Of a stretch of 64,000 bases of DNA, positions 1 to 9,324 are shown piece by piece; within the stretch, counting starts at the first letter, position 1; every line of letters starts with the position of its first letter. Under the pieces are notes generated by a model. It saw only the letters and a program-made list of their open reading frames with translations, did no database searches and was not told where the DNA came from. Location: NCBI GenBank assembly GCA_964599725.1, contig CAZRGT010000053.1, forward strand, positions 5,680-69,679, in the 5' to 3' direction. The position numbers were made by a program, and so were the translations under genes. This stretch comes from an uncultured Gemmatimonadaceae bacterium (lineage in GTDB: Bacteria > Gemmatimonadota > Gemmatimonadetes > Gemmatimonadales > GWC2-71-9).

Positions 1-15
1 TCCCTAAGCGCCGTC

Positions 16-702
16 TCACGCCGGTCCAAGAGCGAGTCGCGCAAGCCCCGCGATCAACGGATGCGAGCTCCACAATCCAAGAAGGCCACCGTCACTTGCG
101 GACGCCGTCAGTGTGTGCACTCCGTCTACGAGAAGCAAAGTCGGATGGTCGGTCGGTGCGGGGGGGAATACCAGCCCCTGGGTGTCGCCAGGGTCACCTG
201 CGATGCGGACGTGGAGGGTCGCTCGAGCCGAAGCCCGACGCCAGGCGGGAAGAGTGGGCTGCCACAACTCCGCGGTCAGTACGCCGTCCACCGTGCGCTC
301 GGCTCGTGCCACGATTTGCTGCACGACGGTGGCGACCGTCCGGGCGCCTTCGAGCGCCCGCGTGACCGGCTCGACCGGTTGGCGAATGTCCGCCAGCGCC
401 CGAGTGAGCCGCTCCAGTCGCTCACTCTGCTCGGCCGCGAGCTGAATGAGCAGCACCTGAGGATCAGTGGCCCGGTAGCGCGCTGGGCGACCAGCCGTTC
501 GAAAGCCCGCGCCGTGCCGTACCAGCCCTTCCAATGCGGCGTACGCGTTGGCTCTCGCGAACCCGGCCGCGCGCGCCGCGGCATATCCGGTCGATGGCCC
601 CAAGCCGAGTAGAGTGGCGTACACCCTTGACTCAGTGGGCGTGAAACCGAATGGAGTCAGGTCAATCGCTGAGGTAGTAATAGTTGCTACTACTAATATC
701 AC
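16..702 (-). CDS. TrmB-family winged-helix transcriptional regulator
   Basis: The N-terminus FGFTPTESRVYATLLGLGPSTGYAAARAAGFARANAYAALEGLVRHG matches the TrmB HTH pattern (LGLTxxEAKVYxxLLxxGPxTA...VYxxLxxLxxKG). The start is a GTG at 702, 21 nt after the upstream stop. Confidence 0.7.
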   Translation of the reverse strand: MILVVATITTSAIDLTPFGFTPTESRVYATLLGLGPSTGYAAARAAGFARANAYAALEGLVRHGAGFRTAGRPARYRATDPQVLLIQLAAEQSERLERLTRALADIRQPVEPVTRALEGARTVATVVQQIVARAERTVDGVLTAELWQPTLPAWRRASARATLHVRIAGDPGDTQGLVFPPAPTDHPTLLLVDGVHTLTASASDGGLLGLWSSHPLIAGLARLALGPA

Positions 703-723
703 CCTGGCAGCTGCGCAAGCTGT

Positions 724-1932
724 CTAGACCACTTCGATTGGGATCCCCATGAGGCGCGCGATCAGCGCCAGGCGAAACGTGATGTCGGTCTGGCGTTGCG
801 CCGGGCTCTTGCCCGGTCCTTCGAGCGGGAACCAGTGCCTCACAACCGGACTGGTGGTCTTGGGCAAGGCGCGGAGGTTCTTCGGGCTCCAGATCCCCTG
901 GTCGTCGGTCTCGCTGAACAGCCGGGCTAGGGACCTGCTGGCACTGGGGATTTGCCGGACCACGCCGAGCCGGGCCAGGAGCTCGAGCCAATACACCGCG
1001 AATGGAACGTCGGGAACGTGGCCCTGCGCATCCGATCGCATCGGGTCGCCCAGCAGTTCGAAGGTCGGCTTCAGGAACTTCTTTCCAGCCAGGATGAAGA
1101 AGGCCCGTTTGGGGGCCGGATTGCTGAAATAGGTGGCGAGCCGCTCCACGAACCCAGCTCGTTCTCGCTGCACCGCGGGGAGGAGCGCGAGCACTTCCAT
1201 GCCAAAAATGGTTGGGGGCGTGGCCAGGGGATCCAGAATCGTCTTTCCAGACTGCTTGCGGAATGGCTTCTCGATCAGCTCACTGCGAAGGTACAACGAG
1301 ATGTCGCTCGCGAGCTTGTGCGCCGCCCCGCGTAAACGGGGATCCTCGACGTGCCCCGCGCGGGCCAGAGCGGCGGCCGCGGCCTCGCGAAGCATGTTGC
1401 GAGCCCAGACCCCCAATTTAGGATCTGCCTTCCCCGGCCGCTGGAACTCCACCAGTAAGGCCGGATCCTCGTCCCGGGACAGCAACCGGAACAGGAATCG
1501 GTCGGCCAACTTGAAGGGGCGCTGGTCCGCCGGCCAGCCGAGCTCCAATAGGCGCCGGTACTGGAAGACCGTGCCGACCTCTTTCCACCCATAGGCCTTC
1601 GATGGTCCATATCCGAGCAGATTGCCGCCCCACAGCCCCGTGTCCTTCTGTTTGCGTGCAATCGCCACGGCGCCGCGATCGGCCAGGACGGCAGCCTGCA
1701 GGGCCGCGACACGCTCCGGGTCGCGCGCGTGAGCGGGAACGATCTCGGTGAGCGCACGAAACTGGATGGACGGGCTACCCGCCTCGTACAGCCAGGTCAG
1801 GGGCAGTCGATGCGTGCCGGGGAGTTCCAGTGTGTGCGCTCCGCTGGGCGGCGGGTATTGGACGGCAAGCGGCAAGGAAAGCGGGCGCAAACTTATCGGG
1901 GAAGGCTTTCCGAGGCCAGCCCCCCGCGGCAC
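724..1932 (-). CDS. hypothetical protein (helical, no family recognised)
   Basis: A 402-aa ORF with balanced, non-shadow amino-acid composition. It sits directly upstream of and co-directional with the TrmB-like gene. I recognise no motif. Confidence 0.5.
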   Translation of the reverse strand: MPRGAGLGKPSPISLRPLSLPLAVQYPPPSGAHTLELPGTHRLPLTWLYEAGSPSIQFRALTEIVPAHARDPERVAALQAAVLADRGAVAIARKQKDTGLWGGNLLGYGPSKAYGWKEVGTVFQYRRLLELGWPADQRPFKLADRFLFRLLSRDEDPALLVEFQRPGKADPKLGVWARNMLREAAAAALARAGHVEDPRLRGAAHKLASDISLYLRSELIEKPFRKQSGKTILDPLATPPTIFGMEVLALLPAVQRERAGFVERLATYFSNPAPKRAFFILAGKKFLKPTFELLGDPMRSDAQGHVPDVPFAVYWLELLARLGVVRQIPSASRSLARLFSETDDQGIWSPKNLRALPKTTSPVVRHWFPLEGPGKSPAQRQTDITFRLALIARLMGIPIEVV

Positions 1933-1971
1933 GAGATACAGCTTGTTGCGGTTAAAGGGTTTACGCCATCC

Positions 1972-2871
1972 TCAGAAAGGACAGCGGACCACGCGGATGG
2001 CGCCGCGGCCGATTCGGTCGGCTTCGCTCGCCAGGACGAGGGTGGAATCGTCCCGGAAAGTGATCGCTTCCCCCGCGCGCTCCAGTCCAGCTACGGAGCA
2101 ACGCGGGTGCGGACCGGGGACGAGTCGGCCATCCGCCCCGGACCGAAAGAAATAGATGTCGACGTAGGTCCGAACGGCTACCATCGCCCCGTCGGCTCGT
2201 ACGGCCGCACCGGTCACCAGGCGTCCCCGCGATCGATCGATCGCGATCGGGAGGGTCTGCACCAGCTCAGCGGTGGCCACTCGGCCTGGTTGCCACGCCG
2301 TGTGGCCGATGCGATACAAGCGCACCGTTCCGCCGCGACCCTTGGACACGAGGTACACCGCCGTGTCACGCGGCGAGACATAGAGTGCTTCGACGTCGTG
2401 CGAGCCGTCGGGGTAGCGGAACTTCAGCGCGAGCGCGGCGGCCGTGAAGCGCTGCGTGTCCGCGGCGGCGAGCGGCGGGTCCGGTTCGGGCACGGCGTAG
2501 ATCGTGACGCTCGCCCGCCGCTCCTGGTTGTCACCGGTGTCGCCAATGTACAGGCAGTCACCAGGGCGGCGCGGGCACGGTCCCAGCGCCAGATCTTCCC
2601 AATCGACGGCCTTCGCCCCCGACACGTGGATCGCCCCGCGATCCCTGCCCTGCAGGTCGGTCGCGTACAGATAGGGGCCGTCTCCGGAGTCGTTGTGCGT
2701 CCACAGAATACCCGGGTGCGCGCGGCTGACCACCACGCCCGAACTCTCCGTCACGCGCGGGCTCTTGAACGGAGCAGTGCGCCCGACCGTGGCGGCGGCC
2801 GCGGCGGTTTGCAACAATAACAGCGACACGAGCATGGCACGAACGAAATGCGCTTGATCGGCATGGGGCAA
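1972..2871 (-). CDS. secreted hypothetical protein, beta-propeller-like
   Basis: A signal-peptide-like MLVSLLLLQTAAAAA gives an alternative start at 2835. Repeated beta-strand/Gly-Asp segments follow (WTHNDSGDG, YIGDTGDN). The family is not firmly recognised. Confidence 0.55.
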   Translation of the reverse strand: MPHADQAHFVRAMLVSLLLLQTAAAAATVGRTAPFKSPRVTESSGVVVSRAHPGILWTHNDSGDGPYLYATDLQGRDRGAIHVSGAKAVDWEDLALGPCPRRPGDCLYIGDTGDNQERRASVTIYAVPEPDPPLAAADTQRFTAAALALKFRYPDGSHDVEALYVSPRDTAVYLVSKGRGGTVRLYRIGHTAWQPGRVATAELVQTLPIAIDRSRGRLVTGAAVRADGAMVAVRTYVDIYFFRSGADGRLVPGPHPRCSVAGLERAGEAITFRDDSTLVLASEADRIGRGAIRVVRCPF

Positions 2872-2882
2872 GGGGCGATCTT

Positions 2883-4916
2883 GTGCATATGATCGAGGCT
2901 TTGAAGCGGCGCGCGATCAAGAGACTCCCCGATCGCGTCAGGCTCCGGGGGCGGGTGCTCTTCCTCGCCGAGGACGCCGCCCTGGTGCGTCGGCAGCTGG
3001 ATGGAGCAGACATCCCGTGGACCCCCTCAATCAAGCTCCGCGACGACATCTCTACCGACGAGATCACCCCCGCCTACATCTGCTACTACTACGATGAGAC
3101 CCTGGGGGAATTCCCGTATCTCGGACTGAAGTGCGAAGAGGAATTCCCCGTCACCCGGGGCGCGGTGAAGCGTGGCGGCTTCGTCGCCTCGGTCAGCGGC
3201 AAGCGGCGCGGCAAAGGCTCGTCGCGCGAGCAGTCGCCCTATGCCGAGATGTGCGCCGGGATCCAGCTCGTCGTGGCGGAGAACATCGAGCGTATCTACC
3301 GGGAAAACTGCCAGAACCTGGGCGTGCTGACGACAACCGACTTCTCGATCATCGAGAAGCTTCGGCGCGGTGAGGACATCCCGCTGACCCGGTTCACGGA
3401 AGGCGAAGGGGAGATCACCCGCGGCATCATCGAATTCGGAGGCCTGTTCGCCTACAATGTGGCGCGCCTCCAGGGGGCGGTGCGCGTGACCCCGCCGACC
3501 ACACCGTCCCGACCCATGACGTTGGGGGAGAAGATCCTCGCCCGGCACTGGGTGGTGGATCTCGCGACGGGCGCCGTGGGCGTCCCGGCGGTTCAGCCGG
3601 GCGACGAGGGGTTCGTCGCCACGGACATCCGCTTCAGTCACGAGTACGTGACGCCCATGGCCGCGATCTTCTTCGAGCAGCTGGTAGGCGCGGACGAGCG
3701 GGTCAACGATCCCGGATCGGTGCTGTTCTTCCGCGACCATCTCACCTTCCTCGGCGAGGCGATGACGCCCGAACGGATCAAGGAAGGGTTACTGGACGTG
3801 GCGCTCCAGCTCGAGAAGAAACAGCGGGCATTCGCCGAGAAGCAGGGCATCAAGCTGTACGGCGAGCTGCAGCGCCTGGGCGTGCACGGCTCCGAGGCGA
3901 TCTGCCACTCCAAGATCCTCGAAGCGCATGCGCTCCCCGGCCAGGTGATCATCGGCTCCGACTCCCACACACCGCATGCCGGCGCAGTCGGGTGCGTCGC
4001 GTTCGGCGTTGGCACGACCGCGATCTTCAACTCGTGGATCACCAGGGACGTTCGTGTGACGGTGCCGGAGACGGTGCGGGTCGTGGTGCACGGGCGCAAG
4101 CCGGCCAACGTGACGGCGAAGGACTTCATGCTCGAGATCCTGCGCCATCCCTACGTCAAGAACGGACAGGCGATCGGGAAGCTGGTAGAATACGCCGGCG
4201 ATGCGATCGAGGCGCTGTCGGTGGACGAGCGCGCCACGATGACCAACATGACGGCCGAAGTCGGGGGCTTCACGGGGTACGTGGCGCCCGACGCCCGGAC
4301 GGTGGCGTACCTGATGGAGTATCGGGGCCTGTCTCGCGGCGACGCCGAGCGGATGTGTGCCGGTTTGGCGAGCGATCCCGACGCCCGCTACTGCGAAATC
4401 ATCGACATCGACGCCGCGACGATCCGCCCCATGGTGGCCCTGCCCGGCGACCCGGGCAACGGACTCCATATCGACGAGCTGTCCGGACGAGTGAGCGTCG
4501 AAATCGCCTACGCCGGGTCGTGTACCGCCGGCAAGAAGGCGGACATGGACATGTACGCCCGGGTGTTGAAAGAAGCGGCGGATCGGGGCGAGCGCGTGGC
4601 GCCGGGCGTGCGCTTTTTCATCCAGTGTGGCTCACAGGACGTGAAACGGTATTGCGAAGAACGGGGATACCTGGACCTATTCCAGCGCGTGGGGGCGCAG
4701 TTCCTCGAGCCGTCCTGCGGAGCCTGTATCAACGCGGGGCCGGGCGTGTCGCGCACCAAGGACGAGGTGACGATCAGCGCCATCAACCGGAACTTCCCCG
4801 GCCGCTCCGGACCGGGTCAGCTGTATCTCGCCAATCCCTATACGGTGGCCGCGTCGGCGATCGCGGGTTTCATCACGGAGTGGGGACCCGAGGGCGTACC
4901 GGCCGCCACGTCCTAG
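2883..4916 (+). CDS. aconitase/3-isopropylmalate-dehydratase superfamily protein with N-terminal swivel (LeuD-like) domain
   Basis: The N-terminal part carries LeuD-type motifs (DISTDEITPA, GKGSSREQSPYAEMCAGIQLVVAENIERIYRENCQNLGVL). The rest is LeuC/aconitase-like (GSDSHTPHAG). All three Fe-S cysteine ligands are present (GSCTAG and PSCGACIN). Confidence 0.85.
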   Translation: MHMIEALKRRAIKRLPDRVRLRGRVLFLAEDAALVRRQLDGADIPWTPSIKLRDDISTDEITPAYICYYYDETLGEFPYLGLKCEEEFPVTRGAVKRGGFVASVSGKRRGKGSSREQSPYAEMCAGIQLVVAENIERIYRENCQNLGVLTTTDFSIIEKLRRGEDIPLTRFTEGEGEITRGIIEFGGLFAYNVARLQGAVRVTPPTTPSRPMTLGEKILARHWVVDLATGAVGVPAVQPGDEGFVATDIRFSHEYVTPMAAIFFEQLVGADERVNDPGSVLFFRDHLTFLGEAMTPERIKEGLLDVALQLEKKQRAFAEKQGIKLYGELQRLGVHGSEAICHSKILEAHALPGQVIIGSDSHTPHAGAVGCVAFGVGTTAIFNSWITRDVRVTVPETVRVVVHGRKPANVTAKDFMLEILRHPYVKNGQAIGKLVEYAGDAIEALSVDERATMTNMTAEVGGFTGYVAPDARTVAYLMEYRGLSRGDAERMCAGLASDPDARYCEIIDIDAATIRPMVALPGDPGNGLHIDELSGRVSVEIAYAGSCTAGKKADMDMYARVLKEAADRGERVAPGVRFFIQCGSQDVKRYCEERGYLDLFQRVGAQFLEPSCGACINAGPGVSRTKDEVTISAINRNFPGRSGPGQLYLANPYTVAASAIAGFITEWGPEGVPAATS

Positions 4917-4926
4917 CGCCCGCCTG

Positions 4927-5619
4927 TCAGGGCGCTCCCTCCACGCGGAGATGCACTCCTTCCACGCCTGCCGAGAAGTCGACCGCTGCCGTGACCGTCG
5001 TCGCCGAATCCGGGACCAACTTCGCCGTGGTGTGATAGTCGCCGACGATCGTCCCGCGAGAGCGGGCGATCGTGAACCCCCCACCCAAGTCGGCGCTGGT
5101 CGCGCTGCCGAACGTCGCGCTGGTGATGTGGATGGCGCCGGTTCGCGCGCGCCAGGTCTGGATGCTCGAATCGGGCGCCTGCGCGATGATCCAGGCCGTC
5201 CCGGATCCCAGGAGGTTCACCGCGAACGCTTCGCTGAGTGAATCGTTGATCGGTGGAATGAGACCTGCTCCCACCACCAGGAAGACCGTATCCACCGTCC
5301 CCGTGGTCGCGTCGTAGCCGCGCCAGGCGAGCGTGCCGAAGACCCCCGCCGAGAGAGCGCCCGCGACCACTTCGAGGTGAAACGCAGCGACCTTCGTCGT
5401 GTCGCCCGGGGCGTTCGGCACCGGGGTGGCCTGATCGATGAATGGCAACACGAACCCGGACAGGGTGGTGAACAGGCTGTCGCTGCCGAACGACAGCGTG
5501 AGCGCCTGCTGCACCGCGGCCTTCTCGCCTACGGACACCACGTTGAGCGTCGGCGCCGTGCCGCCGTCGGTGCAGGCGGTCAACGCGAGCAGGAGAAATC
5601 CAACAGCAGACTTCGTCAC
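4927..5619 (-). CDS. hypothetical lipoprotein
   Basis: The signal peptide MTKSAVGFLLLALTAC has a lipobox cysteine. The gene is last in a long minus-strand cluster. Confidence 0.6.
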   Translation of the reverse strand: MTKSAVGFLLLALTACTDGGTAPTLNVVSVGEKAAVQQALTLSFGSDSLFTTLSGFVLPFIDQATPVPNAPGDTTKVAAFHLEVVAGALSAGVFGTLAWRGYDATTGTVDTVFLVVGAGLIPPINDSLSEAFAVNLLGSGTAWIIAQAPDSSIQTWRARTGAIHITSATFGSATSADLGGGFTIARSRGTIVGDYHTTAKLVPDSATTVTAAVDFSAGVEGVHLRVEGAP

Positions 5620-5655
5620 GACGAGCTCCCCTGAAAGGCGGGCGGGACCGTCGTG

Positions 5656-6855
5656 CTATTCGCTCCCCGACACGCGGAGCCGGCCCGCGTCCGAACGATA
5701 GGGGGGGAGGGCGGCTCTTTGGTAGACGCTGCGGGGGTTCCACAGCACCCAGGAGTCGATCCCGGCGTCCTGGGCGGCGCGAATCTGCGCCTGGATCTCG
5801 GCGGCTGTGTAGCGCGGCAACCGACGTCCCAATGTGAACGCCTGGAGGTACGGCCGGATCTGGGTCGAGTTTTCGGTCCCCGTCCGGGCCAGGGCATCCG
5901 CGAGGGCGAGTCTCACGACGCTGTAGGGATGCGCGTTGGGAGAATGAAAGCCGAACGCGCCGCGTGCGTAATGGCTGGGATACACCATGGGCAGGAGGAC
6001 GTCCGCGACGCCCATGAAGTCCTCCCACACCTGACCGATGCCCAGATCGCCGGTGGTCACGGAGGCGGTGAGGCCAAAGACGTCGAAAGTGACCGGGACG
6101 CCGAGCGGCTTGACCAGACCGGCGAGCAGGCGCACCTGCCGGCGCACCGCGTCCCGCGGGGTCTCTCCGACCCGCCGGGCGGGGAAGATCGCCGTCGCCA
6201 TCCGCGCCTGGGGCTCGTCAGGGAGACGGACGTAGTCGAACTGGACCTCCGCGAATCCGAGCCCCACGGCCTCACGGGCCAGCTCACCGGCGTAGACCCA
6301 AACCGAATCGTTGTAGGTGTCGACCCACGCGCTGCCAATGCGGTCGCGCCACAACCCGCCCTCACGCGCGCGCACCGACCAGGCGGGGCGCCGTTCGGCG
6401 AGCAGCGGGTCCTTCGCGACGACGATGCGGGCGATGGCGTAGACGCCGTGGGCGTGGAGCGTGTCGAGTCGGGCCTGCACGTCGTTGGTGCGGGCGCACC
6501 GGTCCGCGCCGATCGCCCGCGCGGTGGGGACGCGCGACCGGTACAGCAGGCAACCGGTGTCGTCCTTCACATCTACGACCAGAGCGTTCACGTCGGTCGA
6601 GTCGACCAATCGCACCAGCTGCCACAAGCGGCTCGAGCCGAACGCCCATGCGTTGACGTACAGCGCCTTCACGGCATTCGGTCGCGTGAATTGATACTCC
6701 CGCCGCTTCGCGAATCGGATCTCGATACCGATCAGGGAGGCGCGACTCTGATCCGCCGGCGCGAGCAGACGGTCGGGCGGGATCTGTGCAAAAAGGCCGC
6801 GTCTCGATCCGAGCGCGGCCCCAAACGCGAACAGAACAACCAAGCGCCACCGCAT
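5656..6855 (-). CDS. putative glycoside-hydrolase-like protein (DUF4015-type TIM barrel)
   Basis: I take the internal ATG at 6855 (MRWRLVVLFAFGAALG, a signal peptide). KALYVNAWAFGSSRLWQLVRLVDSTDVNALVVDVKDDTG and FAEVQFDYVRLP are typical of the DUF4015 family. The 560-aa upstream extension of the tracked ORF is Arg/Pro-rich and antisense to the M14 gene. Confidence 0.75.
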   Translation of the reverse strand: MRWRLVVLFAFGAALGSRRGLFAQIPPDRLLAPADQSRASLIGIEIRFAKRREYQFTRPNAVKALYVNAWAFGSSRLWQLVRLVDSTDVNALVVDVKDDTGCLLYRSRVPTARAIGADRCARTNDVQARLDTLHAHGVYAIARIVVAKDPLLAERRPAWSVRAREGGLWRDRIGSAWVDTYNDSVWVYAGELAREAVGLGFAEVQFDYVRLPDEPQARMATAIFPARRVGETPRDAVRRQVRLLAGLVKPLGVPVTFDVFGLTASVTTGDLGIGQVWEDFMGVADVLLPMVYPSHYARGAFGFHSPNAHPYSVVRLALADALARTGTENSTQIRPYLQAFTLGRRLPRYTAAEIQAQIRAAQDAGIDSWVLWNPRSVYQRAALPPYRSDAGRLRVSGSE

Positions 6856-6914
6856 AGGGGGGTTCACAATAGGAAACCGGACCCTCCCGGACAAGCGGCC
6901 CAAGTCACAATTCC

Positions 6915-9227
6915 TCAGTGCAGTTGCAAGCTGTTGAACAGCAAGGGGTAAGTCGCCAGGCTCTGACCGCGATATTGCGGCCGGAAGCCGAACAGGACGA
7001 CTCGTCCGGCTCCCACCCGGATTTCCACCAGGGCCGCCCGTCCCGCGACGCGTTCGGGATGGCGCACCCAGCCGGAGAGAAGCACGTCGCCGGGGTCGTC
7101 TGGGTAGCGGGCGACGACGTGAACCTGGGTCGAGTCGAGCACGTCGAACGCAGGTCCGTCTTCGAACCAGGCCGCTGTTTCGGCTCCCAGGCCGCGCGCG
7201 ATAGGGTGCGTCTGATCGATGGCGATGCGGAATATCGACCCCGGTGCATAGAAGTCCTCGGCGGGCACCCCCTCGAGTACGTTGCGCACCGGCAGCAGCA
7301 ACGCCTGGATCACGAATCGACTCGCGTCGTTCAGCGCGACCAATGTGCCACCATCGGTCACGAATTGACGCAGCGCCTGGATGCCGTCCGGCCCGAGACC
7401 GCCGGCGTAGGGCGCCGGATAGCGACGCTGCGGCAGTCCCTCCGCGATGTCGCGCGGCGGTTGATCGGGCAGCACCAGCACGTCGAGTTTTTCCTTCAGC
7501 TTCCCCGCCCGCGCGACCGAGTCGACGATAGAGAGATACGGCACCCTCCAGGTGTCGAACACCCAGCGGGTCCAGCCCTCGTCCATCGCCGCCTGATAAG
7601 AGCGGTACACCCCGATGCGGGGGGTCTCCCCCACGGCGAAGCCGGGATACCCCGGCGTCGCGCGTGGCGCCGCGATCGGACCGGAAAGCGGCACGCGGAG
7701 GGTGTCCTGGACGACCACCGCGGTGACGCCCAAGAGCAGCGGCAGGGTGTGGGCGGTGACGTCGTAGGGGCGCTCCGGCGGGCCACCGGGATACAGGCGC
7801 CGGTCGGGATAGTGTTGCGGCTCGAGCAGCGTCTTGGCGAAGGCGGCGTAGGGTTGCCGCAGCAGGACGACGTAGCTGCCGGCGGCGAAGCGCTGGCCGC
7901 CGGTGGTAAACGGTTGTTGCGCGGTCCGGATCTCCACCTGGCCCCGAGCGAGAATGCCGAGCAACGTCGCCACCGCCATCGAGTCTTGCTGACGGGGGAT
8001 CACGTACGCATACGGCCACCCGCGCCAGCCGCGCACGCCGCGCCAGCTCACGGACAGGAAGTTCGAGAGCCAGCGGTCGCGATAACGCGCGGCGTGTTGC
8101 AGCAGGGCGTAGGCGGCGTCGGTGTGGTAGGTGACGATGTCGCGCAGGGTCCAGCGGCCACCAGGCCAGGGTGCGGTGAAGTTCCAGGTCCGCTCCCGAG
8201 GGTTGAAACCGCGGGCCGTGCCCTGCAGACGGTCGAAGGGCACATGGACAGGGCTCGCGAGATCCGCGCTGGCGGCTTCGGCCAGGATCCGGACCGCGCC
8301 GTGATAGTGCCCGTAGGCCCGAGCCGGTGTCCACGCGTCGTAGATCGCGTTCACGGAGATGCCGGTCTTGCCCTGCCCGCCGAGCTCCCAGGCGATCGCT
8401 CCACCGAGGGCATTGATCCCGTCTACCAGCAGCGGATCCACGTCCGGCTCGATCGGGTCGAGGTATGGCGGCAGGAACAGCCGGGACCCGGTCGAACCCT
8501 GCTGGTGCAGATCGAGCACGATCTGGGGATGCCACACGCTGTAGAGGGAATCGACCACCAGGCGTGTCTCGACCTGGGTGAAGGCATACCAGTCGCGGTT
8601 GTTATCGTGCCCGACGTAGCCGTGATACAGCTCCGGCGGGTCGCTGCCCTCGGCGGGCGTGCCGAGGGTGCGGGCGTACCACTTCGCCACGATCGTGACC
8701 CCGTCGGGATTGAGCGAGGGCACGAGCCAGAGCACGACGGCGTCGAGAATGGCGCGAGTCGCGGCGCTGGTGTCGGTCGCGAGCCGGTAGGCGAGCAGCG
8801 CCGGGGTGAAGCTGCCGCCCACTTCGTCGGAGTGAATGCCGGAAGTGATCAGCACCATCGTCCGGCCGTCGCGCAGGGCCGTCACGGCTTCGCGATTGGT
8901 GCGCATCGTGCGCGGATCGGCGAGGCGGGCATTGCTCCGGCGATACACATCGAGGCGTCGCAGGTTCTGCGGCGACGAGATGGCCAACGCGATGAACGGA
9001 GCCCCGAGCGTGCTCTTGCCGATCTCGCGGTAGTCGATCCGGTCGCTGGCGCGGGCCAGGGCCTGATAGTAGCGCACCAGCGTGGGCCAATCCGCGAGCC
9101 GGCGGTCGTCCCCCGGATCGAAGCCCAGCACCGAGCGCGGGGTGGGGATGGACGGCGGCGTTCCTTGGCCGGCGAGCGGCGGGGCGCAAAGGACCAGCAG
9201 GGAGATCGTCAGCAGTCGCGACGGCAT
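6915..9227 (-). CDS. M14-family zinc carboxypeptidase-like protein with large C-terminal domain
   Basis: The start is at MPSRLLTISLLVLCAPPLAGQ, a signal peptide. The HxxE zinc motif is present in ITSGIHSDEVGG, followed by NPDG and GHDNNRDW, all typical of M14. The C-terminal ~400 aa are unassigned. Confidence 0.8.
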   Translation of the reverse strand: MPSRLLTISLLVLCAPPLAGQGTPPSIPTPRSVLGFDPGDDRRLADWPTLVRYYQALARASDRIDYREIGKSTLGAPFIALAISSPQNLRRLDVYRRSNARLADPRTMRTNREAVTALRDGRTMVLITSGIHSDEVGGSFTPALLAYRLATDTSAATRAILDAVVLWLVPSLNPDGVTIVAKWYARTLGTPAEGSDPPELYHGYVGHDNNRDWYAFTQVETRLVVDSLYSVWHPQIVLDLHQQGSTGSRLFLPPYLDPIEPDVDPLLVDGINALGGAIAWELGGQGKTGISVNAIYDAWTPARAYGHYHGAVRILAEAASADLASPVHVPFDRLQGTARGFNPRERTWNFTAPWPGGRWTLRDIVTYHTDAAYALLQHAARYRDRWLSNFLSVSWRGVRGWRGWPYAYVIPRQQDSMAVATLLGILARGQVEIRTAQQPFTTGGQRFAAGSYVVLLRQPYAAFAKTLLEPQHYPDRRLYPGGPPERPYDVTAHTLPLLLGVTAVVVQDTLRVPLSGPIAAPRATPGYPGFAVGETPRIGVYRSYQAAMDEGWTRWVFDTWRVPYLSIVDSVARAGKLKEKLDVLVLPDQPPRDIAEGLPQRRYPAPYAGGLGPDGIQALRQFVTDGGTLVALNDASRFVIQALLLPVRNVLEGVPAEDFYAPGSIFRIAIDQTHPIARGLGAETAAWFEDGPAFDVLDSTQVHVVARYPDDPGDVLLSGWVRHPERVAGRAALVEIRVGAGRVVLFGFRPQYRGQSLATYPLLFNSLQLH

Positions 9228-9324
9228 ATGCGGGGTCACAGGAGCGGGAAAAGTAATCGGCAAAATGCACGGACGCAGCAGCCGCACGACCGTGCGTCTG
9301 CGGCGTCCGTGTGTGTCACTGGGC

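Noticed and set aside
674-693. Inverted repeat GTAGTA-N8-TACTAC in an AT-rich patch.
   Set aside because: It lies within the first ten codons of the TrmB-like gene, only 21 nt of spacer precede it, and the arms are only 6 bp. It is more likely low-structure codon choice at a translation start than an operator.
6856-8535. The 5' 560 codons of the 959-aa ORF at 5656..8535 (-).
   Set aside because: This part is Arg/Pro/Gly-rich low-complexity sequence lying antisense to the clearly homologous M14 peptidase gene. A signal-peptide-bearing start (MRWRL) at 6855 gives a normal-length DUF4015 protein. It is a GC-rich shadow extension.
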